A DNA stretch of 64,000 bases from Spirochaetia bacterium (GCA_009885955.1 VFJS01000056.1:15941-79940), one strand, 5' to 3'; positions 10,441 to 20,779 are shown, counted from the stretch's first letter. Notes: generated from the letters alone by a model not told the origin. A program made the numbers and translations.

Positions 10441-11376
10441 CTATTTAGCTTTTTTTTGATTAAGGACCGCCTGAATTTCAAGGTGATTGCTTTTCTGCAC
10501 AAAATTAATTATTCTTTCATCATCAATTTCAGCAAGCTCAAGGTATTCTTTCATATCAAGGGTAACAAGCTGCATCTTGTCAAAGGTAAAGTCGAAGATC
10601 TTGCTGAATTTCTCCCTTACTGCCGGATCTTGTTCAGCCTTGAGGGCCTTCACACAGCAGGCTATTACTCTGACAAAAATTTTTGGATTCAAAACAGCGG
10701 TATTAACCAGGAGGAGCTTTTCAAGAGGTGTATTTTTCAGTATTTCCGTCATTTTCTCGTCGCTGAATTTATATTGCTCAATCATCTGGTTTATTTCCCT
10801 GATTCTTTCTACACTGCTCGATTCAAGGAGTTTTACAACATATTCCGTCTTGTCTTTCGGGAGCATCATCTTGGTCTGGACATCCTCGCTGTTGCTCGTG
10901 GCCTCAATATAATCTGAAATTCTTTTATCATCGATTTCGGCAAGTTCAAGGAATTCCTCCTTGCCGAAGTTTATCATATGCAGCCTTTCGCATGCAATAT
11001 CCAGTATTCTACGGCATTTGTATTTAAGCTTTTCATCACTGCTTTTTTTAATGACATTTACGCAGCTGGCAATTATCCTTACAACCGCCTTGGGCCGTAT
11101 AATACTCAGGTTTATGCTGAGTATGCCGTTGATGGGGGCAAGTTTTATGATTTCGCCGAGGTTCATGCTGCTGAACTTGTAGGTCTCCATCAGCGCGTTT
11201 ATCTTTATTGTGCTTTCATCACTGCCTGATTTTATCAGCTCAACAACTTCATTAATTTTATCGTCGGGCAGCGGCGGCCTGACGGTTGCAGCAGTATATT
11301 TTTCTGTGCTGGTAGGTTTGAACATATCTCCTCCCGTTTTATATTCATGCCTGAATTCATGGCTTACTACAGCCAT
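10441..11376 (-). CDS. hypothetical protein made of two tandem ~140-aa internal repeats
   Basis: Repeat 1 (..YKFSSMNLGEIIKLAPINGILSINLSIIRPKAVVRIIASCVNVIKK .. EEFLELAEIDDKRISDYIEA) aligns with repeat 2 (..YKFSDEKMTEILKNTPLEKLLLVNTAVLNPKIFVRVIACCVKALKAE .. KEYLELAEIDDERIINFVQK). Confidence 0.5.
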   Translation of the reverse strand: MAVVSHEFRHEYKTGGDMFKPTSTEKYTAATVRPPLPDDKINEVVELIKSGSDESTIKINALMETYKFSSMNLGEIIKLAPINGILSINLSIIRPKAVVRIIASCVNVIKKSSDEKLKYKCRRILDIACERLHMINFGKEEFLELAEIDDKRISDYIEATSNSEDVQTKMMLPKDKTEYVVKLLESSSVERIREINQMIEQYKFSDEKMTEILKNTPLEKLLLVNTAVLNPKIFVRVIACCVKALKAEQDPAVREKFSKIFDFTFDKMQLVTLDMKEYLELAEIDDERIINFVQKSNHLEIQAVLNQKKAK

Positions 11377-11464
11377 GAATATATATAAGACAAAAAATCA
11401 CTTATTTTCCGGCTACAAATTAATATAAAGTGCAATAAAAGTACACAATAATTTTTCTGCAGAC

Positions 11465-13132
11465 CTATTTTTTTATTTTTTCCAGTTCCATTGCCCTCAG
11501 TTCCCTTCTCAGTATTTTTCCAATGTTACTCTTGGGGAGTGAGGATATGAATTCAACCACTCTCGGGACTTTATACTTTGCCAGCTGTCCGCTGCAGTAT
11601 TCAATCACTTCACCGGCAGTCATGGTTTCACCCTCTTTCAGGACAATAAATACCTTTACGGTCTCACCCCGGTAATCATCGGGAATTCCAATGGCGCATG
11701 CTTCAAGGATTTTCGGGTGCTCAAAGAGTATTTCATCTATGTCCCTTGGATAAATGTTGAAACCGCCGGCTATTATCATATCTTTTTTCCGGTCAACGAT
11801 ATACAGGTAGCCTTCGTCATCAAATTTTCCAATGTCGCCGGTGTAGAGCCATCCGTCTTTGAGCACCATGGCCGATTCGTCGGGCATCTTGTAATAGCCT
11901 TCTGTGACCTGATGGCCCTTGATTATCACCTCACCGCTTTCACCGTTCGGCAGCTCCCTGGAACCGTCCTCCAGATCTACAATTTTTATGTCAGTATCGA
12001 AAATGGGGAGCCCCACTGAGCCGGGCTTGGTTATTCCGCCAAGGGGATTTATTGTCACAACAGGGCCGGTTTCAGAAAGGCCGTAGCCCTCGCATATCTG
12101 CGAACCTGTCTTGCCTTCGAACTCCTTTATCACCTCCACTGGCAGCGGCGCAGCGCCTGAAAAGCATCCTTCTATCGATGATATGTCGTACTTTGAAAGC
12201 CCGGGGTAGTTGAGTAAACCGATGTAAATTGTTGGTACAGCAGGAAAGAAGTTGATTCTATACTTCTGGATTGCCTCCAGGATTGTTTTTGTTTCCGGCC
12301 GGGGGATCATGATAATTGTGGAACCGTGCCACAGGCAGTAGTTCATGACGCATGTCAGGCCGAAGGAATGAAAGAACGGTAGCACACCCAGCATTGTCAT
12401 TTCACCCCTATTGTATTGTGGAAACCATTGTAACAGGTGCTGTATATTATAAGAAAAATTTTTATGTGACATCATGACACCCTTGCTCACGCCGGTGGTG
12501 CCGCCGGTATATTGAAGATTGGCCAGGGAATTGATATCAGGCCTTATCCCCGGGTTAGTTGACGGATATTTTTTTAAAAGGCCCATCCATTCGTAGACGT
12601 CCTTCTGGGGCGGGATCTCCCTGTGCTTGCTTTTTGCAACAATAGGCAGCAGCTGTTTTTTCGGGAATTTCAGGTGGTCCCGTATATGTGCAATGATGAT
12701 TTTCTCCACCCCGGTTTTTTTTCTGAGGGCAATCATCCTCGGCCCGAGAAGGTCAATTGTCACAAGTACTTTTGTCCCGGAATTATTCAGCTGATATTCC
12801 AGTTCATGGTCGGTATAGAGCGGGTTGTTCATGACAACTACGGCGCCTGCCTTCCATGCTCCATAGGTGGCTATGACAATCTGGGGCATATTCGGCATCA
12901 GCATTGCCACCCTGTCCCCAGGTTTTACCCCGAGGTCTATGAGGGCATTGGCGAAGCTGTTGACCATATCATTTAATTTAGCATAGGTTATAGCGCTGTC
13001 AAGAAAGATGAGAGCAGATTTCTCAGGGAATTCCTTTACGCTTAAAGAAAAAGCTTCAATAAGCGTAGTATCCTTGTAATTCAGGCTTTTCGGTATGCCC
13101 GGCGCATAGGATCCATGCCACAATTTTTCCAT
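11465..13132 (-). CDS. long-chain-fatty-acid--CoA ligase / AMP-dependent acyl-CoA synthetase
   Basis: AMP-binding motif YTGGTTGVSKGVMMSHKN. Adenylate-forming core (GYGLSETG), C-terminal lid. Confidence 0.9.
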   Translation of the reverse strand: MEKLWHGSYAPGIPKSLNYKDTTLIEAFSLSVKEFPEKSALIFLDSAITYAKLNDMVNSFANALIDLGVKPGDRVAMLMPNMPQIVIATYGAWKAGAVVVMNNPLYTDHELEYQLNNSGTKVLVTIDLLGPRMIALRKKTGVEKIIIAHIRDHLKFPKKQLLPIVAKSKHREIPPQKDVYEWMGLLKKYPSTNPGIRPDINSLANLQYTGGTTGVSKGVMMSHKNFSYNIQHLLQWFPQYNRGEMTMLGVLPFFHSFGLTCVMNYCLWHGSTIIMIPRPETKTILEAIQKYRINFFPAVPTIYIGLLNYPGLSKYDISSIEGCFSGAAPLPVEVIKEFEGKTGSQICEGYGLSETGPVVTINPLGGITKPGSVGLPIFDTDIKIVDLEDGSRELPNGESGEVIIKGHQVTEGYYKMPDESAMVLKDGWLYTGDIGKFDDEGYLYIVDRKKDMIIAGGFNIYPRDIDEILFEHPKILEACAIGIPDDYRGETVKVFIVLKEGETMTAGEVIEYCSGQLAKYKVPRVVEFISSLPKSNIGKILRRELRAMELEKIKK

Positions 13133-13472
13133 ATTCCATCTCCCTGCAGTAAATTTGATAAAAAACTATACAATTACAATGAAATACTCTATCAGGGTAA
13201 GCACAATTGTTTATATTATAAAACATAGATAAAAAAATTGTCAACAAGTATATGAGCATTAAATGGCGCTATAAAGATTTACCTGAATATTTTATAAAAT
13301 TATCATTTATAAGTATATTTACTTATTGACTTTTATTAGTTATTCATAAATTGTACCCTGTCTGAATGCTATAAAATTTATATAGTACAGCTTTTATATG
13401 GATTCAATGATCATTTCAATATTCTAAAGTCATAATTATTTTTAAAGAAACAATTTTCAAGATTTTGATATT

Positions 13473-14813
13473 TTGAGGTATAAAATTGTGGAATGTCAGC
13501 GCAATATCATAAGAATATTAAGGTTACTGATTTTTTATTCTCTGTTTACCATCATTAATCCGGGGCAAGGCGAGGCTGCATCTAATTACAGCGGCTCTCT
13601 GGAGACTGCAGCATATACCTACAGTACAATGAAAAAAGATCTCAGCGGCACAGAGACAAATTACAGGCTCTATGAAAATGTTCTGTTCGATTTTAAATTT
13701 AATGACAGGGTGAGTTTCAGTACCAATAACAGGGTTATATACAGGGGCCTTGAAACCAGGAAAGATGCAAATGAGGATCCTCAAAGGCTGGACCTCAACA
13801 ACTACTATACATATTTTGACTTTAAAATCAGCGATTCTTTCAGCAGTCAGGTCGGGCGTATCATGGATGTGAACAACCTTGTTTTTTCCTACTATGACGG
13901 AATCAATGTCATCTATAAAAAGAAGTTCGGGGAGTACAGGCTCGGATTAAACATATATGGCGGCCTCCTGGTAGATGATGATTATCTTGAGGATGATAAC
14001 AGGGTATATGGATATAACAGCTTCGATGTACGAAATTTTTATATAGAACAGAGAAAGGGTGATTACATAAGCGGCGCTAAATTAAATCTTGCATCGAATA
14101 AAATCGGCGTCTTTACCCTGGATTACCAGACCACCATGAATGACAAGGCCATGGCTGAAAATTACGTCTCCATTGACTTTGACACCATGTTTTCAAAGCT
14201 GTTCAAAGCCTACGGCTACGGGACCTACGACATTGTTGACAAGAAATTATCCAATGGGCTTGGCGGGATGAGGCTATCACCGGGGAATCTTATTTCACTA
14301 TCGGCTGAGTATCAATATTACAGGCCCGTCTTTATTAAGGACAGTTTTTTCTGGGTCTACTTCACGCCGTACGGCCACCATGCGGTAACCGGTTCGCTGC
14401 TCCTCTTCTTTACACCAATTATAACATTTGATGTTAAATATTCCAGGCTGATTTTTGAAGGGGCCAATGAAACAGGCGATGAATTTTCAGCATCACTGGA
14501 AGACCGGAGCATCCTGGGATTCGGAATATTGATAACCGGCAGCGGCCTTAAAAGTCCCCTCGGAGACAAATACACCGGCCTGTGCACAATCAAAAGGCGC
14601 TTTTTTAATATTCTGGACATCAGCGTCGGCGGAGGTGCTGTATATTTTGATGAAACTCCTGAATCAACTATCCTGTCCAAGGCCTATGTGGGAAGAGCCG
14701 GTATCGGTCTCAGGATGGGCAATCTTATTATATCAGGAGACGCGGAATATTTTAACAATCCCAAATATAAGTATGATACCAGGGCCATCGTATCAGCTAA
14801 ATTTATATTTTAA
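13473..14813 (+). CDS. putative outer-membrane beta-barrel (porin-like) protein
   Basis: Signal-like N-terminus. Alternating aromatic/hydrophilic amphipathic beta pattern throughout, rich in Y/G/N/D. Ends with a C-terminal Phe (..AKFIF). Its stop is 16 bp before the multiheme cytochrome gene. Confidence 0.55.
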   Translation: MRYKIVECQRNIIRILRLLIFYSLFTIINPGQGEAASNYSGSLETAAYTYSTMKKDLSGTETNYRLYENVLFDFKFNDRVSFSTNNRVIYRGLETRKDANEDPQRLDLNNYYTYFDFKISDSFSSQVGRIMDVNNLVFSYYDGINVIYKKKFGEYRLGLNIYGGLLVDDDYLEDDNRVYGYNSFDVRNFYIEQRKGDYISGAKLNLASNKIGVFTLDYQTTMNDKAMAENYVSIDFDTMFSKLFKAYGYGTYDIVDKKLSNGLGGMRLSPGNLISLSAEYQYYRPVFIKDSFFWVYFTPYGHHAVTGSLLLFFTPIITFDVKYSRLIFEGANETGDEFSASLEDRSILGFGILITGSGLKSPLGDKYTGLCTIKRRFFNILDISVGGGAVYFDETPESTILSKAYVGRAGIGLRMGNLIISGDAEYFNNPKYKYDTRAIVSAKFIF

Positions 14814-14828
14814 CACAGGATAGAACTT

Positions 14829-16439
14829 ATGAAAAGATTTCACAGATATCTGTTTTCCATACTATTGATAATCGGCATATCCGCCACACTCCTTTTTTCC
14901 CAGAAGGAGAAAATTTTTCCTCATAAGACCCATAAAGACAACGGCGTGGACTGCGTGACCTGCCATCCCAATGCCAAAAAAAGTGTAAAGGCCGCCGATG
15001 ACCTTCTCCCGAAAGATGACGGTGTCTGTTCAAAGGAGTGCCATGACAAGGGCTTTTTGAGAAAGACAAAAATGTTCCGGTCAAAACCTGAATACGGCCT
15101 CAAATTTAATCACCAGGTCCATGTGGAGCAGGATCTGAAATGCATAAAATGCCACAAGGGGGTTGATGAAGCCGCATTCAAGACCGGTACAGCATTTCCA
15201 GGCATGAAGCTCTGTTTTGAATGCCATGATGATAAGAATGCCCCGAAGACATGCACCCTGTGTCATGTTGATAAAGTCCCGTTTGTTCACAAAGCCCATG
15301 CTGAAAAGAAAATTGACTGCAAAGTATGCCATAAGAAAGTTGATAAAAGCACCAAAACAAAAGACAATAACCTCCCCGATCCGGGGCTTTGCCTTGAAAA
15401 ATGCCATAAGCGGGATACCCTTGCTGTTACAAAGATGACCCTTTTCCCTGAAAAATCAAAGATAATTTTCAACCACCAGGTACATCTCGACCAGGATATT
15501 AAATGTATTCTCTGCCATGATGGCCTGGAAAAAGCTGCCTACAAAACCGGTACGGCATTTCCGAAAATGTCAGTCTGCTTTAAGTGCCATAACAACAAGG
15601 ATGCTCCGAAAAAATGTACCCTTTGCCACAGTGAGCCTGAGCAGTTCCCCCACGTTACCCATATCAAGAATGGACTTGACTGCGCAGGATGCCACAAGAC
15701 TATAAAAGTAAGCACAACAACCACCGGGGGGAGGGACATCCCGAAAAAAGAAATATGCAATGAGTGCCATGAAGCAAAGGACAAATATTCCGACGTGGTA
15801 TCGTTGCCTTATAAGCAGACATACCATTTCAACCACAAGGTGCATGTCACCGGCCAGTCGCTTGACTGCAAAGAGTGCCACAAGGTATTGTATGAGAAGA
15901 ACAGGTTTAGCCAGGCTGAAAACTTACCGAAAATGGAGTATTGTTTCGGATGCCACGACAATTCAACGGCCACACAGTACTGCATGCTTTGCCACCTGAA
16001 TCCGACCAAACCAAAGGACCATTATTTCGACTGGGGTACTATACATAAAGCAAAGGGAAACAGCGATCTGAAAGATTGTATATCGTGCCACATGAGTAAA
16101 AATTTCTGCATTTCCTGCCACAAGGGGATAAAGAAACCTGAAAATACTCATAATTCAAATTTTGAGATTACCCACAAGTTCGAAGCCAGGTCAAGTTTAA
16201 AAAACTGCTTCTCATGCCATACGGAGAGGCAGTGCAGGAACTGCCATATATCCAATAAGATCAGCATGAGCAGTTCGGAGCAGTATAAAAATCCCCATCC
16301 CTCAGGGTGGATAGACAGGACCAGCCCGAATTTTCATAAGAAACAGGCAAAGATGAATCTCAGGTCCTGCACCGCATGCCATACGAAAAATGACTGCGGA
16401 TTCTGCCATATCCCCCTGGGGCCTATAAAGAAGCGGTAA
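14829..16439 (+). CDS. multiheme cytochrome c (about 19 CxxCH plus 2 CxxxCH motifs)
   Basis: Sec signal peptide. Reiterated modules of paired heme-binding sites (CVTCH, CIKCH, CFECH, CTLCH, CKVCH, CILCH, CFKCH, CAGCH, CNECH, CKECH, CFGCH, CMLCH, CISCH x2, CFSCH, CRNCH, CTACH, CGFCH, and others). Confidence 0.9.
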   Translation: MKRFHRYLFSILLIIGISATLLFSQKEKIFPHKTHKDNGVDCVTCHPNAKKSVKAADDLLPKDDGVCSKECHDKGFLRKTKMFRSKPEYGLKFNHQVHVEQDLKCIKCHKGVDEAAFKTGTAFPGMKLCFECHDDKNAPKTCTLCHVDKVPFVHKAHAEKKIDCKVCHKKVDKSTKTKDNNLPDPGLCLEKCHKRDTLAVTKMTLFPEKSKIIFNHQVHLDQDIKCILCHDGLEKAAYKTGTAFPKMSVCFKCHNNKDAPKKCTLCHSEPEQFPHVTHIKNGLDCAGCHKTIKVSTTTTGGRDIPKKEICNECHEAKDKYSDVVSLPYKQTYHFNHKVHVTGQSLDCKECHKVLYEKNRFSQAENLPKMEYCFGCHDNSTATQYCMLCHLNPTKPKDHYFDWGTIHKAKGNSDLKDCISCHMSKNFCISCHKGIKKPENTHNSNFEITHKFEARSSLKNCFSCHTERQCRNCHISNKISMSSSEQYKNPHPSGWIDRTSPNFHKKQAKMNLRSCTACHTKNDCGFCHIPLGPIKKR

Positions 16440-16539
16440 TGTCGTGATGATGTATTAAAATTTAATCGTTCTGTTTTTTTTCTCTTGACTTGCGGATTAT
16501 GATAATTATTTTGATTTTCTAAATTTCAATTATTAATAC

Positions 16540-17277
16540 GTGAAAGAGGCTTTTATGATCAAGATTCAAAAAAGGGTGATATTTATATCCGCTATTATTT
16601 TCAGTTCTGTTCTGGCTTTTTCAGGAACCATCTATGCTTTGAAAGTCGTCATGAACGGGACTCCGCAAAAAAATGGTTTCAGGGACGACGTATTTACAAA
16701 TCTTAAAAGGGCTCAATGTGAGACATGCCACGGTGCTTCCCTGGCTGACAGGCACCATCAGCTCAAATCCGGGGCATCAAAAAATTGCAGCGGGTGCCAC
16801 GCAATCAATAACAAGTCCGGTGAAATGGGGGTAAATTTAAAGAAAGAATGTTCAGATTGTCATAAAGTCAGCCCTCACCACAAGACAAAAGCCGCTGTTG
16901 AAAAAAAATGCAGGGAGTGCCATGAATCATCAGGGGTAAGCGAATTCAAAATGCAGGGCCCGGAATATAAATTTTCAAAAATTACCCCGACCGTTAATTC
17001 CTGTTCTAAATGCCACAGGGCCGGTGATGTCGGCGGAGGCAGGGTTTATGGAATGAAGGATACCCATCACGGGACTCAGATCCAGGACTGCAATATGTGC
17101 CATGATGAAAACAAATCCAACACGAGCATCAGGGTGTGTGAAAGATGTCATGACGTTAAGGCTTTACATGCTGTAGAGGGCCACATCAAGAGCGAAAACT
17201 GCGCGCATTGCCATGATATGGAGGAGAAACAGCCAAATTCAAAATATGATGAACCGGTAAAAGAGTTAAAACAATAG
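16540..17277 (+). CDS. octaheme cytochrome c
   Basis: Signal peptide plus 8 CxxCH motifs (CETCH, CSGCH, CSDCH, CRECH, CSKCH, CNMCH, CERCH, CAHCH). Confidence 0.85.
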   Translation: MKEAFMIKIQKRVIFISAIIFSSVLAFSGTIYALKVVMNGTPQKNGFRDDVFTNLKRAQCETCHGASLADRHHQLKSGASKNCSGCHAINNKSGEMGVNLKKECSDCHKVSPHHKTKAAVEKKCRECHESSGVSEFKMQGPEYKFSKITPTVNSCSKCHRAGDVGGGRVYGMKDTHHGTQIQDCNMCHDENKSNTSIRVCERCHDVKALHAVEGHIKSENCAHCHDMEEKQPNSKYDEPVKELKQ

Positions 17278-17304
17278 CATACTTTTTTTAGAGACAATGA
17301 TACA

Positions 17305-17337
17305 AGCCCTCCATTGGAAAATGGAGGGCTTTTTTTG
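17305..17337 (+). terminator. rho-independent terminator after the cytochrome operon
   Basis: Perfect hairpin AGCCCTCCATT-GGAAA-ATGGAGGGCT followed by TTTTTTT. Confidence 0.6.
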
Positions 17338-17466
17338 TTAATTAAATCATTGACTTTGCAGGAATATGTTTGAACACTATCAATTGGATATCAATATACA
17401 TTATAAAAGGGTATTTTTAGTGACGGATATTTCAAAAACAGCCATAAAAAAAATGAGGGGTTCACC

Positions 17467-18303
17467 ATGAGAATTACAATTGAATCACTTTTAGAAAAGA
17501 AGAAATCCAGCCGGAAGATCTCAATGCTTACAGCCTACGATTATTCCTTTTCTTCAATTGTTGACAAGGCAGGCATAGATATCATCCTTGTCGGCGATTC
17601 CATGGCCAATGTAATACTCGGCATGGAATCAACAACAGAGATTTCCCTTGATGAAATGATAAACCATACAAAGGCTGTTGTCAGGGGGTCGTCAAGGGCG
17701 CTGGTCGTGGGAGATATGCCCTTCTGTTCATATCAGCATACAGGGGTATCGGCTGTAGAGAGCGCCTGGAGATTCATAAAGGAAGGGGGGTGCCAGGCGG
17801 TGAAGCTGGAGTGGTTTGATGATATTATTCCGGTCACGAGAAAACTTGTCGACTCGGGAATTCCTGTAATGGGCCATATTGGATTTACGCCGCAGACTGC
17901 GGATAAACTCGGCGGCTCGGTAGTGCAGGGGAGGGACCTGGAAACTGCGAAAAAGCTTATAAAGCAGGCGCATATGCTCCAGGATGCAGGATGTTTCAGC
18001 ATGGTGCTGGAGTGCGTGCCCTGGCAGATAGCCAGGATTATCAGCGAAAAGCTTACGATTTTCACTATCGGCATTGGCGCCGGGAAGTACTGCGACGGCC
18101 AGGTGCTTGTGATAAATGATCTCCTGGGGCTCTTCAAAAGGTTTATCCCCAAATTTGTCAGGGTCTATGATGATATATTCCAGAGCTCAGTTGATGCAAT
18201 AGTGAGATATAGAAATGATGTGGAGAATGGGGATTTCCCTTCCATTAAAGAAAGCTTTACCATGAAGGAGGAGGATTTTGAAAAGCTGAAAGGCGAGCTG
18301 TGA
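17467..18303 (+). CDS. panB: 3-methyl-2-oxobutanoate hydroxymethyltransferase
   Basis: Family-typical N-terminus (..ISMLTAYDYSFSSIVDKAGIDIILVGDSMANVILG..) and length (278 aa). Confidence 0.9.
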   Translation: MRITIESLLEKKKSSRKISMLTAYDYSFSSIVDKAGIDIILVGDSMANVILGMESTTEISLDEMINHTKAVVRGSSRALVVGDMPFCSYQHTGVSAVESAWRFIKEGGCQAVKLEWFDDIIPVTRKLVDSGIPVMGHIGFTPQTADKLGGSVVQGRDLETAKKLIKQAHMLQDAGCFSMVLECVPWQIARIISEKLTIFTIGIGAGKYCDGQVLVINDLLGLFKRFIPKFVRVYDDIFQSSVDAIVRYRNDVENGDFPSIKESFTMKEEDFEKLKGEL

Positions 18304-18320
18304 TTAATCACGTTAGCTTT

Positions 18321-19475
18321 TCAAATATGGAGAAAGCATCTTTCAAGCGTTGCAAGGAGAGAAATGTTATGCTCGTTTGCAGCTTCAATGACCCCGGCAT
18401 CATTGAGCGAACCGGCAGGCCATACAATGGCTGTTATGCCGTGGGCCGCCACGGTGTCTATACAGTCCCTCTGCGGAAAGAAGGCATCCGATGACATAAC
18501 AGCTCCTTTGAGGTCATGGCCTTTTTTTATTGCCTTGTCAAGAGCCTTCTCAACAGCTCCGATCCTCTCCTGTTCGCCGGTACCCACTGCTACTGATGCT
18601 CCGTTTTTAACGAATACGATGCCGTTTGACCGTACATTGATATTGAGATACCATGCCGTAAGGCAGTCATCGAGCTCAATCATGGACGGCATTCTCCCTG
18701 CAACGAAATCCCTCCCTCCGTTTTTGCCCGGGTCGCTGTTCGGTATCATCGGATCGGTAATAAAATCCGCCGAGCTCCGGATCCTTGTGAGGTATGGCAC
18801 CTCAAATGTCAATGACCCGTCAACAAGATTCCTGATATTGAAATAGCCGGTTATGTCATCGCCGATATATTTTGGAACTTTCCCCATGTTTCCGGATTTT
18901 ATCACCCTGATTGAGTTGTTTAATTTTTTCGTCCCTTCATTCTTTTTTAGAACTTCAATTGCATCATCATCATATTCCGGCGCCAGTATTCCCTCAACAA
19001 AGCTTTCCATGACTGCACCGGCGGTATCAGCATCGACCTTTCTGTTAAAGCCTACAATAGAACCGAAAGCGCTCCTTTCATCACAGCCTCGGGCGATTTT
19101 ATAAATTTCATGGAGCTTTTCCCCCTTTGTTTCAATTTTGAAACCGCAGGGATTAACATGTTTCATCACTGTACATGCAGGCCTTGAAAAATATTTCAGA
19201 ATATTAATCGCCTGACTTATATCCTGAAGATTAGTAAGTGAAAGCCCCTCCTTACCCCCTTTAATGATATCCAATCCGCCAACGGAGAGATTTCCGCTCC
19301 CCGAGGGCGCAAAGGCTTTGAAGGGCTGGTGGGGATTGGTCCCGTATCTCAAGGCATAACTTACCGCTTTAAACCTGTATTCCTTGTCTCCAAGTTTAAG
19401 AACGGCATCATCTGGAAATTCTCCCTGGATGGCTTTTTTATAGGCATTTTTAAATGATGATACATCTGTTGGCAT
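18321..19475 (-). CDS. AICAR transformylase-domain protein (PurH C-terminal domain only, no IMP cyclohydrolase/MGS domain)
   Basis: LRYGTNPHQ motif. C-terminal SDAFFPQRDCIDTVAAHGITAIVWPAGS..HNISLL matches the C-terminus of bifunctional PurH. Only 384 aa. Confidence 0.7.
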   Translation of the reverse strand: MPTDVSSFKNAYKKAIQGEFPDDAVLKLGDKEYRFKAVSYALRYGTNPHQPFKAFAPSGSGNLSVGGLDIIKGGKEGLSLTNLQDISQAINILKYFSRPACTVMKHVNPCGFKIETKGEKLHEIYKIARGCDERSAFGSIVGFNRKVDADTAGAVMESFVEGILAPEYDDDAIEVLKKNEGTKKLNNSIRVIKSGNMGKVPKYIGDDITGYFNIRNLVDGSLTFEVPYLTRIRSSADFITDPMIPNSDPGKNGGRDFVAGRMPSMIELDDCLTAWYLNINVRSNGIVFVKNGASVAVGTGEQERIGAVEKALDKAIKKGHDLKGAVMSSDAFFPQRDCIDTVAAHGITAIVWPAGSLNDAGVIEAANEHNISLLATLERCFLHI

Positions 19476-19513
19476 ATGAGTTTCTCCACCGGAATTTATT
19501 GTTTAACCTGTAT

Positions 19514-19876
19514 TCAGGATAGCGGCCTTATTATTTCTACCGAAGCAAAATCGGCGTTTTTTGCAGCCAGTGCGCCCCTCTTTCTTATCCTGACCATGAT
19601 TCTGTCAATACTGAACCGGCCCAGGATTTCATCAGCAATAGATTCTGCAAGTGATTCAATAAGGTTATAATGGCGTTTATTTACAACAGTATCAAGGGCA
19701 TCATGAATTTTTACATAATCAACACTGTTATGTATATCATCGCTCCTCCCTGCCTTTTCAGTGCTCAGGTAAAGTTCAATATCGGCTTCAATCTCCTGAC
19801 TGTGTAATTTCTCTGCATCAAGTATCCCGACTGAACAGGCAAACCGGGCATTTTGTATTGTTATCTTATCCATCAT
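19514..19876 (-). CDS. folB: dihydroneopterin aldolase
   Basis: 120 aa. ITIQNARFACSVGILDAEK .. VDYVKIHD pattern of the FolB family. Adjacent to folE. Confidence 0.8.
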   Translation of the reverse strand: MMDKITIQNARFACSVGILDAEKLHSQEIEADIELYLSTEKAGRSDDIHNSVDYVKIHDALDTVVNKRHYNLIESLAESIADEILGRFSIDRIMVRIRKRGALAAKNADFASVEIIRPLS

Positions 19877-20457
19877 CCTATTAATTTCAGAAATTCCTCT
19901 CTGGTTTTGATATCATTCCGGAAAATTCCACGAACAACCGAAGTAATGGTCTCTGCCCCTGATTTTTTTATGCCCCTCATCTCCATGCAGAGGTGCCTTG
20001 CTTTTACAACAACGGCCGCGCCTTTTGGCTGGAGGCTGTTCATTATCACCTCTGCAATTTCAGTGGAAAGCCGTTCCTGGACCTGGAGTTTTTTACTGAG
20101 GGTTTCCACTACCCTGACTATTTTGCTGATGCCGACGATCTTTTTGTCCTTGGGGACATATCCCACGTGACAGTTTCCGAAGAAGGGGACCATGTGGTGC
20201 TCGCACATTGAGTAAAAAGGGATGTCCTTGATAATGACCATTTCATCGTGCTCAAGTTCGTGGGTTGTAAGCAGCAGTTTTTCTGCAAGCTTGCTGCTGC
20301 CGGAATAGATTTCTTCAAACATATTGGCCACCCTTTTAGGCGTGTCTCTCAGCCCGTCCCTGGCGGGATCTTCACCGATGGCCAGTAGTATTTCCACTAT
20401 TGCCTTTCTGATTCTTTCCTTATCCAAGTCCTTCCTCCAGCGTATCTCTTGTAACAT
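19873..20457 (-). CDS. folE: GTP cyclohydrolase I
   Basis: YSMCEHHMVPFFG, the family active-site motif. 194 aa. Confidence 0.9.
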   Translation of the reverse strand: MLQEIRWRKDLDKERIRKAIVEILLAIGEDPARDGLRDTPKRVANMFEEIYSGSSKLAEKLLLTTHELEHDEMVIIKDIPFYSMCEHHMVPFFGNCHVGYVPKDKKIVGISKIVRVVETLSKKLQVQERLSTEIAEVIMNSLQPKGAAVVVKARHLCMEMRGIKKSGAETITSVVRGIFRNDIKTREEFLKLIG

Positions 20458-20779
20458 TGATCTTAACCTGGTATGTAAGATATCAGGTTAAATACGGTCA
20501 TCCAGGTTTCCCGTAGTTTATTTATCATTCCTGTAAAATACAATCAAATATTTATAAAATACCTGAAAAAAAATATTATTTTTTCATACATGGTATGGGT
20601 GTGAATGATTATCAGTGTACTCTTGCCGTATATTTTGATATACATCTGAACATATATTTCTTGACAAAAACAAATAATTCAATAAATTAATCCCATATTC
20701 AGTTATAGGAATTTTTAAAAATAATTTTATTTTACCTGTTACCCGGGCAAATATAAGGATTTACTTAGTATTAAAGCAT

